From Myxococcales bacterium (GTDB lineage Bacteria; Myxococcota_A; Polyangia; Polyangiales; Polyangiaceae), in NCBI GenBank assembly GCA_043789255.1, contig JAYWIA010001507.1, forward strand, positions 1 to 24,067: a stretch of 24,067 nt of DNA. Direction: 5' to 3'. The translations under genes were made by a program, and so were the position numbers. The notes under the pieces were generated by a model. It saw nothing but the letters and a program-made list of their open reading frames with translations, did not search any database and was not told the DNA's origin. Below are positions 1-8,682 of the stretch, piece by piece (position 1 is the stretch's first letter; every line of letters starts with the position of its first letter).

Positions 1-335
1 TTGCAAAGGATGTCCCCAAATTCGGGGTGATATAGGATGCCCGCGTCCCGTGCTTGAGTCGCCGTGACGAACGCGCGGAACGCGCTTGGGTAGAGCGGCT
101 GTTGCCACCGCTCCGAAGGCCCTGGCACGATGGTGTTGATGAACGGGATCGTGACGGTGAACACGACCGGCGCGAGGCCGGTCTGTTCGATGTCCGCCCC
201 GTCCACGCCAAAATACTTGTGCTCTCCCTGGTCGTGCTCGTAGCTCGTATCGATGGCTTTTATCGGGAAATAGACAGGTGCAGCTCCCTCGGACGCCCAA
301 CCCGTGTCTCCGAGCTGTGCGAAGAGGTCAGCCAT
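1..335 (-). CDS. Mu gp43-like DNA-circularisation/tail-baseplate protein, N-terminal domain (partial, runs off the window; absent from ORF track)
   Basis: Manual translation from ATG at 335 (SD AGGAG at 344-348): MADLFAQLGDTGW...HDQGEHKYFGVDGADIEQTGLAPVVFTVT...ILYHPEFGDILC. The H-x-Y-x-G-x-D-G...E-x-x-G and L-x-H-P-x-F-G pattern fits DNA_circ_N, and it follows the tape measure as in Mu-type tails. Confidence 0.8.
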   Translation of the reverse strand, partial: MADLFAQLGDTGWASEGAAPVYFPIKAIDTSYEHDQGEHKYFGVDGADIEQTGLAPVVFTVTIPFINTIVPGPSERWQQPLYPSAFRAFVTATQARDAGILYHPEFGDILC

Positions 336-352
336 GTCTTACGCTCCTGCGG

Positions 353-910
353 ATGATTCGTCCGCCCGCTGTCGTTGCCGTCCTGGCCCTCGCGCTCGCC
401 TTCACAACGAGCTGCACCAAGCGCTCCGAGGCAAACGACGTGGACGCGGAATCCATCCTCCCGCCCACGGCCCGAGCGCCAGTTTGCCGAGGCTGTGACG
501 GAGTGGAGCCCGTGAAGTGGGGGTTCGTCGGCATGTACCGCGACTCCGCATGCAAGCGCCCTGTCATCCAGGCCTTGCATATGGCGTGCGCCCCGGTGTC
601 GCTCCCTGCGAGTGGAGCAGAGGCGAAAGTGAGTATCTTCGAGCGCTTCCGAGGCCAACGCGGCCTTGGTCAGGAGCTTCTGCTCTCTGTGCGAGCCCCG
701 GTCACGCCTCAGGACAAGCTGTTCCTCTTGCGCGAAGGCGCGTGCCGCCCACAAGACGACAAAACCAAGCGCCTCCCCGCCGGCTGTAGCAACGGAGGCC
801 TCGTGTGCCGGACTGCGAGTGGAGCCCTAGCGTGCGACTCGTGCAGGAAGCTTGCGAATGGCTGCGCCGACTACGAAGGCGTCATGGCGTATCTAGAGGT
901 CTCGCCCTAA
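353..910 (+). CDS. Cys-rich lipoprotein (185 aa), antisense within the tail module
   Basis: From ATG 353: MIRPPAVVAVLALALAFTTSC (basic N-terminus, hydrophobic core, lipobox-like Cys), then 10 further Cys. No clear SD, so the start is inferred. Confidence 0.75.
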   Translation: MIRPPAVVAVLALALAFTTSCTKRSEANDVDAESILPPTARAPVCRGCDGVEPVKWGFVGMYRDSACKRPVIQALHMACAPVSLPASGAEAKVSIFERFRGQRGLGQELLLSVRAPVTPQDKLFLLREGACRPQDDKTKRLPAGCSNGGLVCRTASGALACDSCRKLANGCADYEGVMAYLEVSP

Positions 911-1048
911 GCCGGGACTTGCCTACACTCACCTACCTAATTCACTCGGTCGCTTGACCAATTGGTTTACATCGCCCACGACGCGCCTCGGTTGGACATG
1001 GGCGCACGACGCGCTCCAGACTGGTTCCTGGTCTCGTGGAAGAGATGC

Positions 1049-1091
1049 GGCCTCGAAGGTGCATGACGCACTTTCGGGGCCTTCTGCGTTT
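1049..1091 (+). terminator. Probable intrinsic terminator downstream of the lipoprotein gene
   Basis: 14-bp stem GGCCTCGAAGGTGC / GCACTTTCGGGGCC (two G-U pairs on the plus strand), loop ATGAC, followed by TTCTGCGTTT. Confidence 0.6.
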
Positions 1092-3403
1092 CAGTGCATC
1101 GTACCGCCCCGTGCACCGCCGGACATCGGAGCGTTCCGGTCGGGGTGTTCGGGGTGCGTGGACGCGCTTCCTGGGATCGTGGCCGCCGTGTTCGACAACT
1201 TCGCCGCGGCCGCTGCGATGGCCTTGTCTAGTTCCGACAGGCTTTTGACGATGCTCGTGTGCTGGTCGTTCGCGACGCGGGTTTTGACGGCCTGCGACTC
1301 GCGTGCAGCCTCGCCCGCCGCGCCTGGTAGGTGGGAAGCTGCGCCAAGGACCTTGTCCCCCACGGTCTCTTGCTGGTTCTCGTCCTTCGCCTTGACGAGA
1401 TCGCCCCGGAACGACTTCGCCTTCGCAAGGACCTCGCGGATCTTCGCAGGGTCATTTCCGGCGGCTTTGAGTTCGGCCTCGATACCGACCTCTTTGCTTC
1501 CGAGCATGGATCGGTCGGCAACCGCATCCTTTTCCTTGTCAGCTTCTTCCGCGAGCTTGTTGTAAGCGAGGTATGCGATGCCCGCAGTGACCGCGATGGA
1601 CCCGAGCGACATCGCCCCGCTCGCGCTAGAGAACGCGTTCGTGATGAGCTTTTGGATGCCCGCCGCGGCCATGTCCTTCGCGATGGCGGCGCCGATCATC
1701 GCCCCGATTCCCTGAAACGGGTGGTCGGCGAAGAACTTGATGGCTCCGGAAACCGTCGTTGTGAGCTGGGGGAGGTACGTGACAAATTGCTCGAGCGCGG
1801 GGAGAAGCGATGTCTGGAAGGCGTCTTGGACCTTCAGCATGGCTTGGTTGAATTGCTCCGTCCTGGTCCCCTGTACCGCCTTGAAGTCGTCTTCCGCGTC
1901 CTTCGGGGCGTACCCCATTCGCTCGAACTTCTGGACCGTCTTGAGCACGGCCAGAGAGCCCGCCTCGCCCTTCTTGGCCTTGGGGTCCTTTACCTTCGCT
2001 TCTCCTTCGGCCGCGTCATAGGTGGTTTTGAGCGATTCGAATGGCTTGATGCCGCGCTCGCCATAGATGGCCTGGATCTTGGCCATGTCGCCGCCGGTCT
2101 TCTTGAAGATTTCCGATATGATTTCGCCGGGGTCGCGAATCCCCTTCTTCGAGCCGTCCTTGTTGAAGTCGTTTACCTCGACGCCCATCGCGCGAAGCTG
2201 CTTTTGCTTCCCGGTCGTTTCCGCCACGAAATTGGACACGGCCGTGGCCGCCATTGGCGCCGTTCCGGCCGTTTTATAGGCGATCTGAGAAAGCCCCAAA
2301 AGCGATCGCTGCGCCTCCGTCTGGCCCATCGAAAACTGACCGGCCGACGCCGTAATGATGGCCGAGTGAGAAGCAAGGTCAGCCATCGAAATGGCGCCTA
2401 GCTTGCCCTGGCCTACGACGTTCAACATGGTTTTCATCATGTCTTCGGAAGAGATATTGTCGTTTTGCGTCTTGAGCGCTCCGGCCGCTCCCATCAATTC
2501 CATTATGTTCGTGCCGGACCCCTTCGCGAGCTTCGCGAGGCCGAAGAGCGTCTCTTTGCCGGCTTTGCGCTTTGCGGGGTCGTCTCCCGAGAAGGCCGAC
2601 GCATCCGAAGACTTCTCGACGTAGCTTTGCCACGCGGTGAGAAGCTCGTCCTTGTCGAAGCCCGTTGCGGCCTGGCCCTCCTTGGCGATGTCCATGATGT
2701 CGGACACCTTGGCGCGCTTGGTCCCTTCGATCTTCTCGCCGTTCGGCCCCTTCATGTCGGGGATGTACGTGGCGTTCGAAAGGTTGACCGCCGCGGACTC
2801 GAAGCCGTTCAGCTTCTTGACCGCATCGGCTGCCTGGAACCCGCCAAAGACGCCGCCGGCGAGGGCGGCGGCGTTGCCTGCCATGTTGATGCCAGTGGAC
2901 GCCATTCCGCCGGCGTAGCCGCCCACGGTTTTCCGGAAATCCGCTGTGCGCGCGCCGATGGTTTCCCGTGCGCGCGACTTCGCAAAGCTCTCTTCGAAGC
3001 GGGCCTGCTCTTCGGCCTCCCTCTTGGCGGCCCGCGTCTTCTCGCGTTGAGCATCCTCGAACGCCCGAACGCTCTCCTTGAGGCGGGCTTTCTGCTCGGA
3101 AAGGCGCTCCTTGTCGAGCTTGGCCAGTTCCTTGTTCGTGTCTGCCCATGCCTTCGCTTCGGCGTTCGAGGCCTTCTTCGTCTCCGCTTCGCGCTCTTTC
3201 ACGGCGCGCTTGGCTTCGGACGAGCGCTCCCGTTCCATGCGGGCAAGCTCGCGAGAGGCCTCTTTCCAAGCGCGTTCTTGGGCGCGGGCGGACTCGATCG
3301 CAGCCCGTTCGGCCGCACGGACAGAGTCCTCGACGCTCCGGAAAGCCTGCTGGACGTCGCGAATGCCTCCGACCTGGAATTCTGCCCGGATCGAAGCGGT
3401 CAT
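1091..3403 (-). CDS. Tail tape measure protein (770 aa)
   Basis: Long Ala/Gly/Lys-rich helical ORF with charged coiled-coil N-terminus and hydrophobic C-terminal segments, directly after tube and chaperone. Confidence 0.9.
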   Translation of the reverse strand: MTASIRAEFQVGGIRDVQQAFRSVEDSVRAAERAAIESARAQERAWKEASRELARMERERSSEAKRAVKEREAETKKASNAEAKAWADTNKELAKLDKERLSEQKARLKESVRAFEDAQREKTRAAKREAEEQARFEESFAKSRARETIGARTADFRKTVGGYAGGMASTGINMAGNAAALAGGVFGGFQAADAVKKLNGFESAAVNLSNATYIPDMKGPNGEKIEGTKRAKVSDIMDIAKEGQAATGFDKDELLTAWQSYVEKSSDASAFSGDDPAKRKAGKETLFGLAKLAKGSGTNIMELMGAAGALKTQNDNISSEDMMKTMLNVVGQGKLGAISMADLASHSAIITASAGQFSMGQTEAQRSLLGLSQIAYKTAGTAPMAATAVSNFVAETTGKQKQLRAMGVEVNDFNKDGSKKGIRDPGEIISEIFKKTGGDMAKIQAIYGERGIKPFESLKTTYDAAEGEAKVKDPKAKKGEAGSLAVLKTVQKFERMGYAPKDAEDDFKAVQGTRTEQFNQAMLKVQDAFQTSLLPALEQFVTYLPQLTTTVSGAIKFFADHPFQGIGAMIGAAIAKDMAAAGIQKLITNAFSSASGAMSLGSIAVTAGIAYLAYNKLAEEADKEKDAVADRSMLGSKEVGIEAELKAAGNDPAKIREVLAKAKSFRGDLVKAKDENQQETVGDKVLGAASHLPGAAGEAARESQAVKTRVANDQHTSIVKSLSELDKAIAAAAAKLSNTAATIPGSASTHPEHPDRNAPMSGGARGGTMH

Positions 3404-3406
3404 GCG

Positions 3407-4120
3407 TCAGCTCTCTTCGGGCGGCTCGTCGGTGGCGGGAACGCGTTCGTCGCCGTCACTTTCGTCCGAGGAATTCTCGTCGGGCAGCGGACCAGGCGAG
3501 GATGTGGCAATCGAGGAGCGATGCAGCCGGTACGCCATACGCAAGATCAGCTCGCTCGCAGCTCCCCACGACAAGGAAGCTAAAGGGACGGTGCTACCGT
3601 CCTTCGCGACCCTTTCAATCCACGCGTCGACTTCTTCCTTCGACATGCTTGCGACGATGGGCCCCGTTTCCACTTGGACCTGGAGATAGGCCCGCATGAG
3701 GACGCCGACCTGGTCATTCGTGAGCCGCTTCCGCATTTCGGCGGGGCTTGGGAACGCCGGCCACTTCGGGCCGCTGTGCGTGTCCGATGGGTCTTCGACG
3801 CGACGGCATGAGCGATAGAGGATTTCGATCGTGTTCGCGTTGGCCTCGAGGTCTTCGTAGCTCGAAGCCTCGTCTTTCTTCGGAACACTGCCCTCTGACT
3901 TCCCGTCGGCGGTCTTGAACTTCAGGTAGGTATCGCGCACGTGTCGCTCACCAGCCGCGCGCGCAGCCATGAGTTCCTGGTGCGTGAGGACCTGCATGTG
4001 CACGTCCCCGACGGAATTCCCGTTCCCATCGAAGATGGGGAGCGGCACGATGCGGAACGGCCTCGGGAGCGCCGTGACGCGCTCCCAAAGGCTGTTTGTG
4101 GGTTGGGCGGTGTCGGACAT
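3407..4120 (-). CDS. Tail assembly chaperone (gpG-like, 237 aa)
   Basis: Canonical position between tube and tape measure; acidic low-complexity C-terminus; in-phase slippery heptamer C CCT TTA at 3587-3581. Confidence 0.75.
   Translation of the reverse strand: MSDTAQPTNSLWERVTALPRPFRIVPLPIFDGNGNSVGDVHMQVLTHQELMAARAAGERHVRDTYLKFKTADGKSEGSVPKKDEASSYEDLEANANTIEILYRSCRRVEDPSDTHSGPKWPAFPSPAEMRKRLTNDQVGVLMRAYLQVQVETGPIVASMSKEEVDAWIERVAKDGSTVPLASLSWGAASELILRMAYRLHRSSIATSSPGPLPDENSSDESDGDERVPATDEPPEES
3456..3587 (-). other. Predicted -1 programmed frameshift site and alternative 41-aa C-terminus (gpGT-like)
   Basis: X XXY YYZ heptamer CCCTTTA in the correct phase; the -1 frame is open for SFLVVGSCERADLAYGVPAASLLDCHILAWSAARREFLGRK then TGA at 3458-3456. 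Confidence 0.6.
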
Positions 4121-4136
4121 GGGCGGCGTTCCTAGG

Positions 4137-4511
4137 TCACGCGAACTTCGCGAAACCTGCTCGGACCTTGAAGTTGTAGGTGGAGGGCTTGTTCACGCCC
4201 GACTGAATCGAGTCGGAGATCACGAAGCCCTTGAAAACGCACTGCTGGCCTGCGACCACGATTCCAAACTCGATCGGGATGAGTCCCTCGATCCAGTCTT
4301 GGGCGTTCCACTCGAAACCGGCTTCGGGAACTGCGCTGGTGACGTCGAGCTCCATAGATGCGGCGCCCGGGCTTTCGCCCGCGTACCCCTTTGCGACGGT
4401 CTCGATCGGGTTCGACTTCGAGTTTCGGTTGATGGTCGCTTCGGTGTGCTCCGTGAGAAGCGCACCGGCCACGAGCACGTTCAGGAGTCCGTAGACTTGC
4501 GGGTCAGACAT
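4137..4511 (-). CDS. Tail tube protein (124 aa, Mu gpM-like)
   Basis: Small beta-rich ORF immediately after the sheath gene, of tube-like size. Confidence 0.8.
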   Translation of the reverse strand: MSDPQVYGLLNVLVAGALLTEHTEATINRNSKSNPIETVAKGYAGESPGAASMELDVTSAVPEAGFEWNAQDWIEGLIPIEFGIVVAGQQCVFKGFVISDSIQSGVNKPSTYNFKVRAGFAKFA

Positions 4512-4524
4512 GGATTCGCCTTCC

Positions 4525-6042
4525 TCAGAGCTGGTCGAGAGCCGTTGCCGACTGCTCGAAGTTGTCGACCGGGGTCAGGCGAATGCGGCAATCGAGCCGA
4601 GCCTTGTTGGACGCGTTGATGGCAATCTGGAGGTCGGTTTTCGTGGTGGCGGCGTCCACGATGAGCGTCCGCCCGTCGTAGACGTCGATCAGTCCCTTCG
4701 CCGCGCCCTTCGCCATCGCCGGGCAAAGGACCTTGGGACCGGGGAGCGTCTTGCCCTTCGGGGGGTCTGGCGCGAGACGGAACCCTCCGTACTGAAGCTT
4801 GAGCTTCACGAGCCAGTCGGCCGCGAATCGGTGCATGACCGAGACCTTGTGGGCCGCGCGGATGCGGTAGTCGTTCACCGCGCCGGTGAGCGACCGTGTG
4901 GTGATGCGGTTGACGATGAAAGTACGGCGAGCCGCTCCCACGCCGATGGGAGTCACGCCGTTGTTGAGCATGGAGAGGATCTCCGCTCGCGTGGGGTGGT
5001 CGGCGTCGTTCCGAGGCGCCGGAACGGGCCAACGCGCTTGCGTGTCGGGCGTGTCGCCGAACCCCACAAAGTTTGTCCGGAAGTTGTCCGGAAGCTCCTC
5101 GAAGGCGTAGGTGGCCGCGGCGATCGCAGCCAGCTCGAGGGCCGGGAGCGGGTTTGCTTCGCTCGCCACAAGCTCGGCCACGGCCGTATTGCATGCGATA
5201 GCTAGGGCGTTGGAGTTCGCCGGCGTGTCGACGGAACCGAAGAACGCTCGGTAGCGCTTCCCAGTGACAGGGAGAGCCTGCGTGTCGAGCTGCGTGCACG
5301 CCAGCGCCTTGTTCGTCGCGTCGGCTTGGGCGTAGACGTGGTGGTAGTAGAACTTGCTCGCCACCGTCGCGAGGGCGTTCGTAATGTTGTCCGCGGTCGT
5401 GCCGCCCGTAAACGCCGTGTCGACCGACGGGGACACGGTGGTGGCAACCGAGCCGTTGGAGATGATCTGCGCGAAGAAACGGAGCTGATTCCCGCGAGGG
5501 CCCTTGTTCTTCGCCGTAAACGTAATGACGCCCGCAACGTTGCTCGCCGTGAACGGGAGGTGCGTGCGCAGATTCACCTGCGCGCACACGCCAACGGCGA
5601 TGGCCGTCACGGTGTCGCCCGTCGCGAACGAGTATTCGATGACCTCTTCCAAGGCTTCGAGGCGCACCGTTCCGGCGCCCGTGGGCGTGGTGGCGATGGT
5701 GAGCGTTCCGGTCGCGTTTGCTCCGGCGCTCTCTGCCACACAGATGAAGTAGATCGCCGTGATGTTGTTGAGCTTGGAAGCCCAGCGCCACGAGCGATGC
5801 ACCTCGGACCCGAATCCGGTCAACGTGGTGATCTGTTGTTCAGTGGATGCCGGAGTAGCCGTGTCCGGTCCGTAGACCGTCGTGTCGACCACGGCGGTTC
5901 CGGAAGGGGTCTTGTTGGCGAAGATGAGGATGGAGCGAGCGGAGTTGTCGCCCCCAGCCTCGCCCTGCGCAAAGTTGACTTCGAGGTAGTTTCCGGGGAC
6001 CGGATCGTTCGAAGCGAGGCCGGTGAGAATGACGTCACCCAT
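4525..6042 (-). CDS. Contractile tail sheath protein (505 aa, Mu gpL-like)
   Basis: N-terminal PGNYLEVNFAQG...ILIFANKT..GTA, GFGSEV motif, LNNGVTPI and C-terminal ARLDCRIRLTPV are typical of Mu-type sheaths. Confidence 0.9.
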   Translation of the reverse strand: MGDVILTGLASNDPVPGNYLEVNFAQGEAGGDNSARSILIFANKTPSGTAVVDTTVYGPDTATPASTEQQITTLTGFGSEVHRSWRWASKLNNITAIYFICVAESAGANATGTLTIATTPTGAGTVRLEALEEVIEYSFATGDTVTAIAVGVCAQVNLRTHLPFTASNVAGVITFTAKNKGPRGNQLRFFAQIISNGSVATTVSPSVDTAFTGGTTADNITNALATVASKFYYHHVYAQADATNKALACTQLDTQALPVTGKRYRAFFGSVDTPANSNALAIACNTAVAELVASEANPLPALELAAIAAATYAFEELPDNFRTNFVGFGDTPDTQARWPVPAPRNDADHPTRAEILSMLNNGVTPIGVGAARRTFIVNRITTRSLTGAVNDYRIRAAHKVSVMHRFAADWLVKLKLQYGGFRLAPDPPKGKTLPGPKVLCPAMAKGAAKGLIDVYDGRTLIVDAATTKTDLQIAINASNKARLDCRIRLTPVDNFEQSATALDQL

Positions 6043-6045
6043 GGA

Positions 6046-6441
6046 TCACTTGTCCTTTCCGCCGCTTTTCGCGGTGGTTTTGGCCGAATCCGTGGGCGCG
6101 GCTTCCGGGATTGCTTGTGCGTCTGCCGTCGGCGTAGGCGACGTGTCGGGCGCGGCCGCGGGCGACGGTGCCGCCTTGGGCAACGCCGACGCGTTGAACT
6201 TCACGCCGAGGATCTTGGCCGTGGCTTCGTCTGCCGGGGCCATTTCGCCGAGGCGCACGTGCTTCCGGTATTCGGCTCGGTCTCGAACATCGAAGGCCTC
6301 GTTTGTCGGGGTGAACGCGTGCCGACCGTTCGGGAGAGCCGCAAGGGTGACCCCGAGTTTTCGGTTCACGCCTTCTTCGAGCGCGTCGTAGTCGTCGACC
6401 AGGCACGTGCTGACGAGCACGAGTCGCAAAATATCGCCCAT
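6046..6441 (-). CDS. Hypothetical pre-sheath protein (131 aa), possibly Mu gp38/DUF2635-like
   Basis: ATG 6441 with SD AAGGAG; MGDILRLVLV...EYRKHVRLGEMAPADEATA plus Ala/Pro tail; occupies the position of DUF2635 in Mu-type tails. The longer ORF-track start is overlapping and unlikely. Confidence 0.6.
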   Translation of the reverse strand: MGDILRLVLVSTCLVDDYDALEEGVNRKLGVTLAALPNGRHAFTPTNEAFDVRDRAEYRKHVRLGEMAPADEATAKILGVKFNASALPKAAPSPAAAPDTSPTPTADAQAIPEAAPTDSAKTTAKSGGKDK

Positions 6442-6452
6442 GGAAGGCTCCT

Positions 6453-7190
6453 TCAGGTGTCGGTTTGGGCGACCACGACGGCGTCGAGGTCGGTATCTGT
6501 CGCGGCGTCGTGCACGCCGACCTCGAGGGTGATCCCCTCGAGCGCGGTCAAAGCCGTCTCGTCCGTGTTGCCGACCTCGCGGAGCTCGAACTCGATCGCA
6601 ATGGCTGGCATGTGCAGCTCGGTCGAAAAGTTCGCGACGTTCCCGAAGGTCGTCGTGCGGGGGAACACGAAGTCCACGCCCATCTTTTCGTGCAGGTCCT
6701 CGCCGAGCGTTCCACCAGGGGGCGTGTATTCGCCGTGCTGAAGGCTGCGCATGTAGCCGGTGACCACGACCTCGGCGGTGCGGAGGATCGGAGCGATGCT
6801 CTCGATCTGCGCCGCCGTCATAGGCGGGAGCACGTAGAGCAGATCGCACATGGTGCTCTCCCCATGACGTGAGCCCGTGCGCTCCGAGTGCGTCCCCTTC
6901 TTCCGGTGGATCGCGAGCATCGGAAAGCGCACTTGCTCCGAGGAGAGGTGCGGGAGCGGGTCACGCGAGAGCTTTGTGGCTACCGCGCCGTTGATGTTGA
7001 TCGAGGACGCCGGCAAGAGCGCCAGTTGCATGAGCAGGCGCGTTTGAAAGCTTCGGGCGAGGCCCCACGCGAGGAAGTCCAGGAGGTAGAAGATCGCGGG
7101 GTCCGCGTCCCGAAGGAGCGTGTAGGTCGTGGCTGTCGGGACGACCGTGGGCGACCCACCGATCGCAAAGGCATCGAGCACTTCAGCCAT
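6453..7190 (-). CDS. Putative tail terminator/completion protein (245 aa)
   Basis: Position between the gp10-like gene and the sheath; C-terminal MPAIAIEFELRE beta strand. Assignment is by synteny. Confidence 0.55.
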   Translation of the reverse strand: MAEVLDAFAIGGSPTVVPTATTYTLLRDADPAIFYLLDFLAWGLARSFQTRLLMQLALLPASSININGAVATKLSRDPLPHLSSEQVRFPMLAIHRKKGTHSERTGSRHGESTMCDLLYVLPPMTAAQIESIAPILRTAEVVVTGYMRSLQHGEYTPPGGTLGEDLHEKMGVDFVFPRTTTFGNVANFSTELHMPAIAIEFELREVGNTDETALTALEGITLEVGVHDAATDTDLDAVVVAQTDT

Positions 7191-7199
7191 GGAGCGACC

Positions 7200-7610
7200 T
7201 CAGAAGCGGAAAGCGGACTGCTCGGCGAACGACTCGAAGGCCACTTCCGCAACGTCCATTGCCGGGCCCACGAATGGGTGCGGCCTCGTGCCGGGGTGGT
7301 GCACGCGCTTGGCGAAGACCATCGAACGTCCGACCTTGAAGGCCAGCGCGCGGGCCGAGTTCGCTTCGATGACGTGGGCAACCGTGCCCTCTTCGACGAA
7401 GACCGAAGCCTTGTGTGCGGATACGAGCGCGAACCCGTCCGTGATGCCCTCGGTCGTGAGAAGCTTCTTTATGCCGCCAGGGGCGCGGCGCTTGGCTTCG
7501 GCGAGGACGGCCTTCGCGGTCTTGTTGATGACCTGGCGCACCATGGCCGGAAAAGAGTTCGCGGCTTTGGCGTAGAACGCGGCAAGCTCGCGAGCTTCCA
7601 GAACCATCAT
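7200..7610 (-). CDS. HK97 gp10-like neck/tail-completion protein (136 aa)
   Basis: ATGA overlap with upstream stop; motifs ASVFVEEGT...HVI...ALAF...FAKRVHHPGTRPHPFVGPA match this family. Confidence 0.8.
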   Translation of the reverse strand: MMVLEARELAAFYAKAANSFPAMVRQVINKTAKAVLAEAKRRAPGGIKKLLTTEGITDGFALVSAHKASVFVEEGTVAHVIEANSARALAFKVGRSMVFAKRVHHPGTRPHPFVGPAMDVAEVAFESFAEQSAFRF

Positions 7611-8077
7611 GCGTCTTGGCCCAGTCTTTCGAGGAAGAAGAACCACTTGAACGGCGAGAAGCCCTCGCCGTCGACGCGTTTGCAGAGCACGCCATCCGTC
7701 GCGAGGCCGGGGCCCGTGACGATGAAGTGCACCTCGCGCCCGGGCTCCACAACGGGGTCAATGACGTCCGCCTGTGTCCCGCCGGCGCCGTAGTCTGGGG
7801 TGAGCGGTCCGACCTTGTAGCGGGTTGCGGCGATGGTTCCGCCCGATGCGACGACGTCCTTCGACTTCACTTCGACCACCTTCGGGCGAAGGCCGCCGCC
7901 GACCGTGATCGCCGTGGTCTCGTCCGTGGCCGTGCCCTGTCCGACGAAGCCGCCGGACCATGTGCGCGTACGCACGAAGACCTCGAAGGGACGTAGGCCG
8001 AAGCTGTCGAGAATCCCGCGGGCATCGTCCAAGACGGGAAGGAGGGACTGCACGAGGGTGCCCGTTCGGACGGTCAT
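7607..8077 (-). CDS. Putative head-closure (stopper) protein (156 aa)
   Basis: TGATG overlap with upstream gene; beta-rich; position between adaptor and gp10-like gene. Confidence 0.6.
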   Translation of the reverse strand: MTVRTGTLVQSLLPVLDDARGILDSFGLRPFEVFVRTRTWSGGFVGQGTATDETTAITVGGGLRPKVVEVKSKDVVASGGTIAATRYKVGPLTPDYGAGGTQADVIDPVVEPGREVHFIVTGPGLATDGVLCKRVDGEGFSPFKWFFFLERLGQDA

Positions 8078-8682
8078 CAGTAGACCTCGAGACTCGAGCC
8101 GCGACGACTGGCCATGAGGTTGGGACTCACGCGGACCAGCTCGGAGATTTGCTCCATGATCTTCGCGTACTGAAAAAGCACGTCATTGATGACGCCGCGC
8201 CCGCCGGCGAGCCATTCGATTTCACCCTGGCCGAGCTGCTTGAGGCCCGCGGTTTGGGTGATTGAAGATCCGAAGGCCTTGGAAAAGGCACGGTTGGCTT
8301 CGCCGAGCAGGAAGCGCAGGCGCGCCTTGCCGCTCATGACGAGGACGGGATACCCGAGAAGGTCGTGGGCCTTCGCAAAGCGCGCCACGAATGACCCACC
8401 GTTTACGGCTTTCACCTCAACGATTTCCGCGTCTTCGCCGATGTCCACCACGAGGGTTGCGGCCACCACGATGTTCGTCATGACGAGCGGGGTGCACGAG
8501 GCAATCCCGGCCGCGATTGGGGAAACGCTGGTGGTTTCGGTGTCCGTCGAGAGGTTCGGAGCGATGACCTGGTCGAAGAGCGAATAGAAGCCGTCGCTCG
8601 TGTAAGGCGAGGCCCCGACGCCGATGTTGCCGTGACGGAGGTGCGCGCGGAGATTCTCGATCTCGCTCTTGGTAAGGGACAT
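8077..8682 (-). CDS. Putative head-tail adaptor/connector (201 aa)
   Basis: ATG 8682 with SD GGAGG 9 nt upstream (preferred over GTG 8760); first neck gene after the head module. Assignment is by synteny. Confidence 0.55.
   Translation of the reverse strand: MSLTKSEIENLRAHLRHGNIGVGASPYTSDGFYSLFDQVIAPNLSTDTETTSVSPIAAGIASCTPLVMTNIVVAATLVVDIGEDAEIVEVKAVNGGSFVARFAKAHDLLGYPVLVMSGKARLRFLLGEANRAFSKAFGSSITQTAGLKQLGQGEIEWLAGGRGVINDVLFQYAKIMEQISELVRVSPNLMASRRGSSLEVY

Noticed and set aside
1-38. TTGCAA ... TATAGG as a promoter for the lipoprotein gene
   Set aside because: The 24-bp spacing is wrong for sigma70 and it lies within coding sequence at the window edge.
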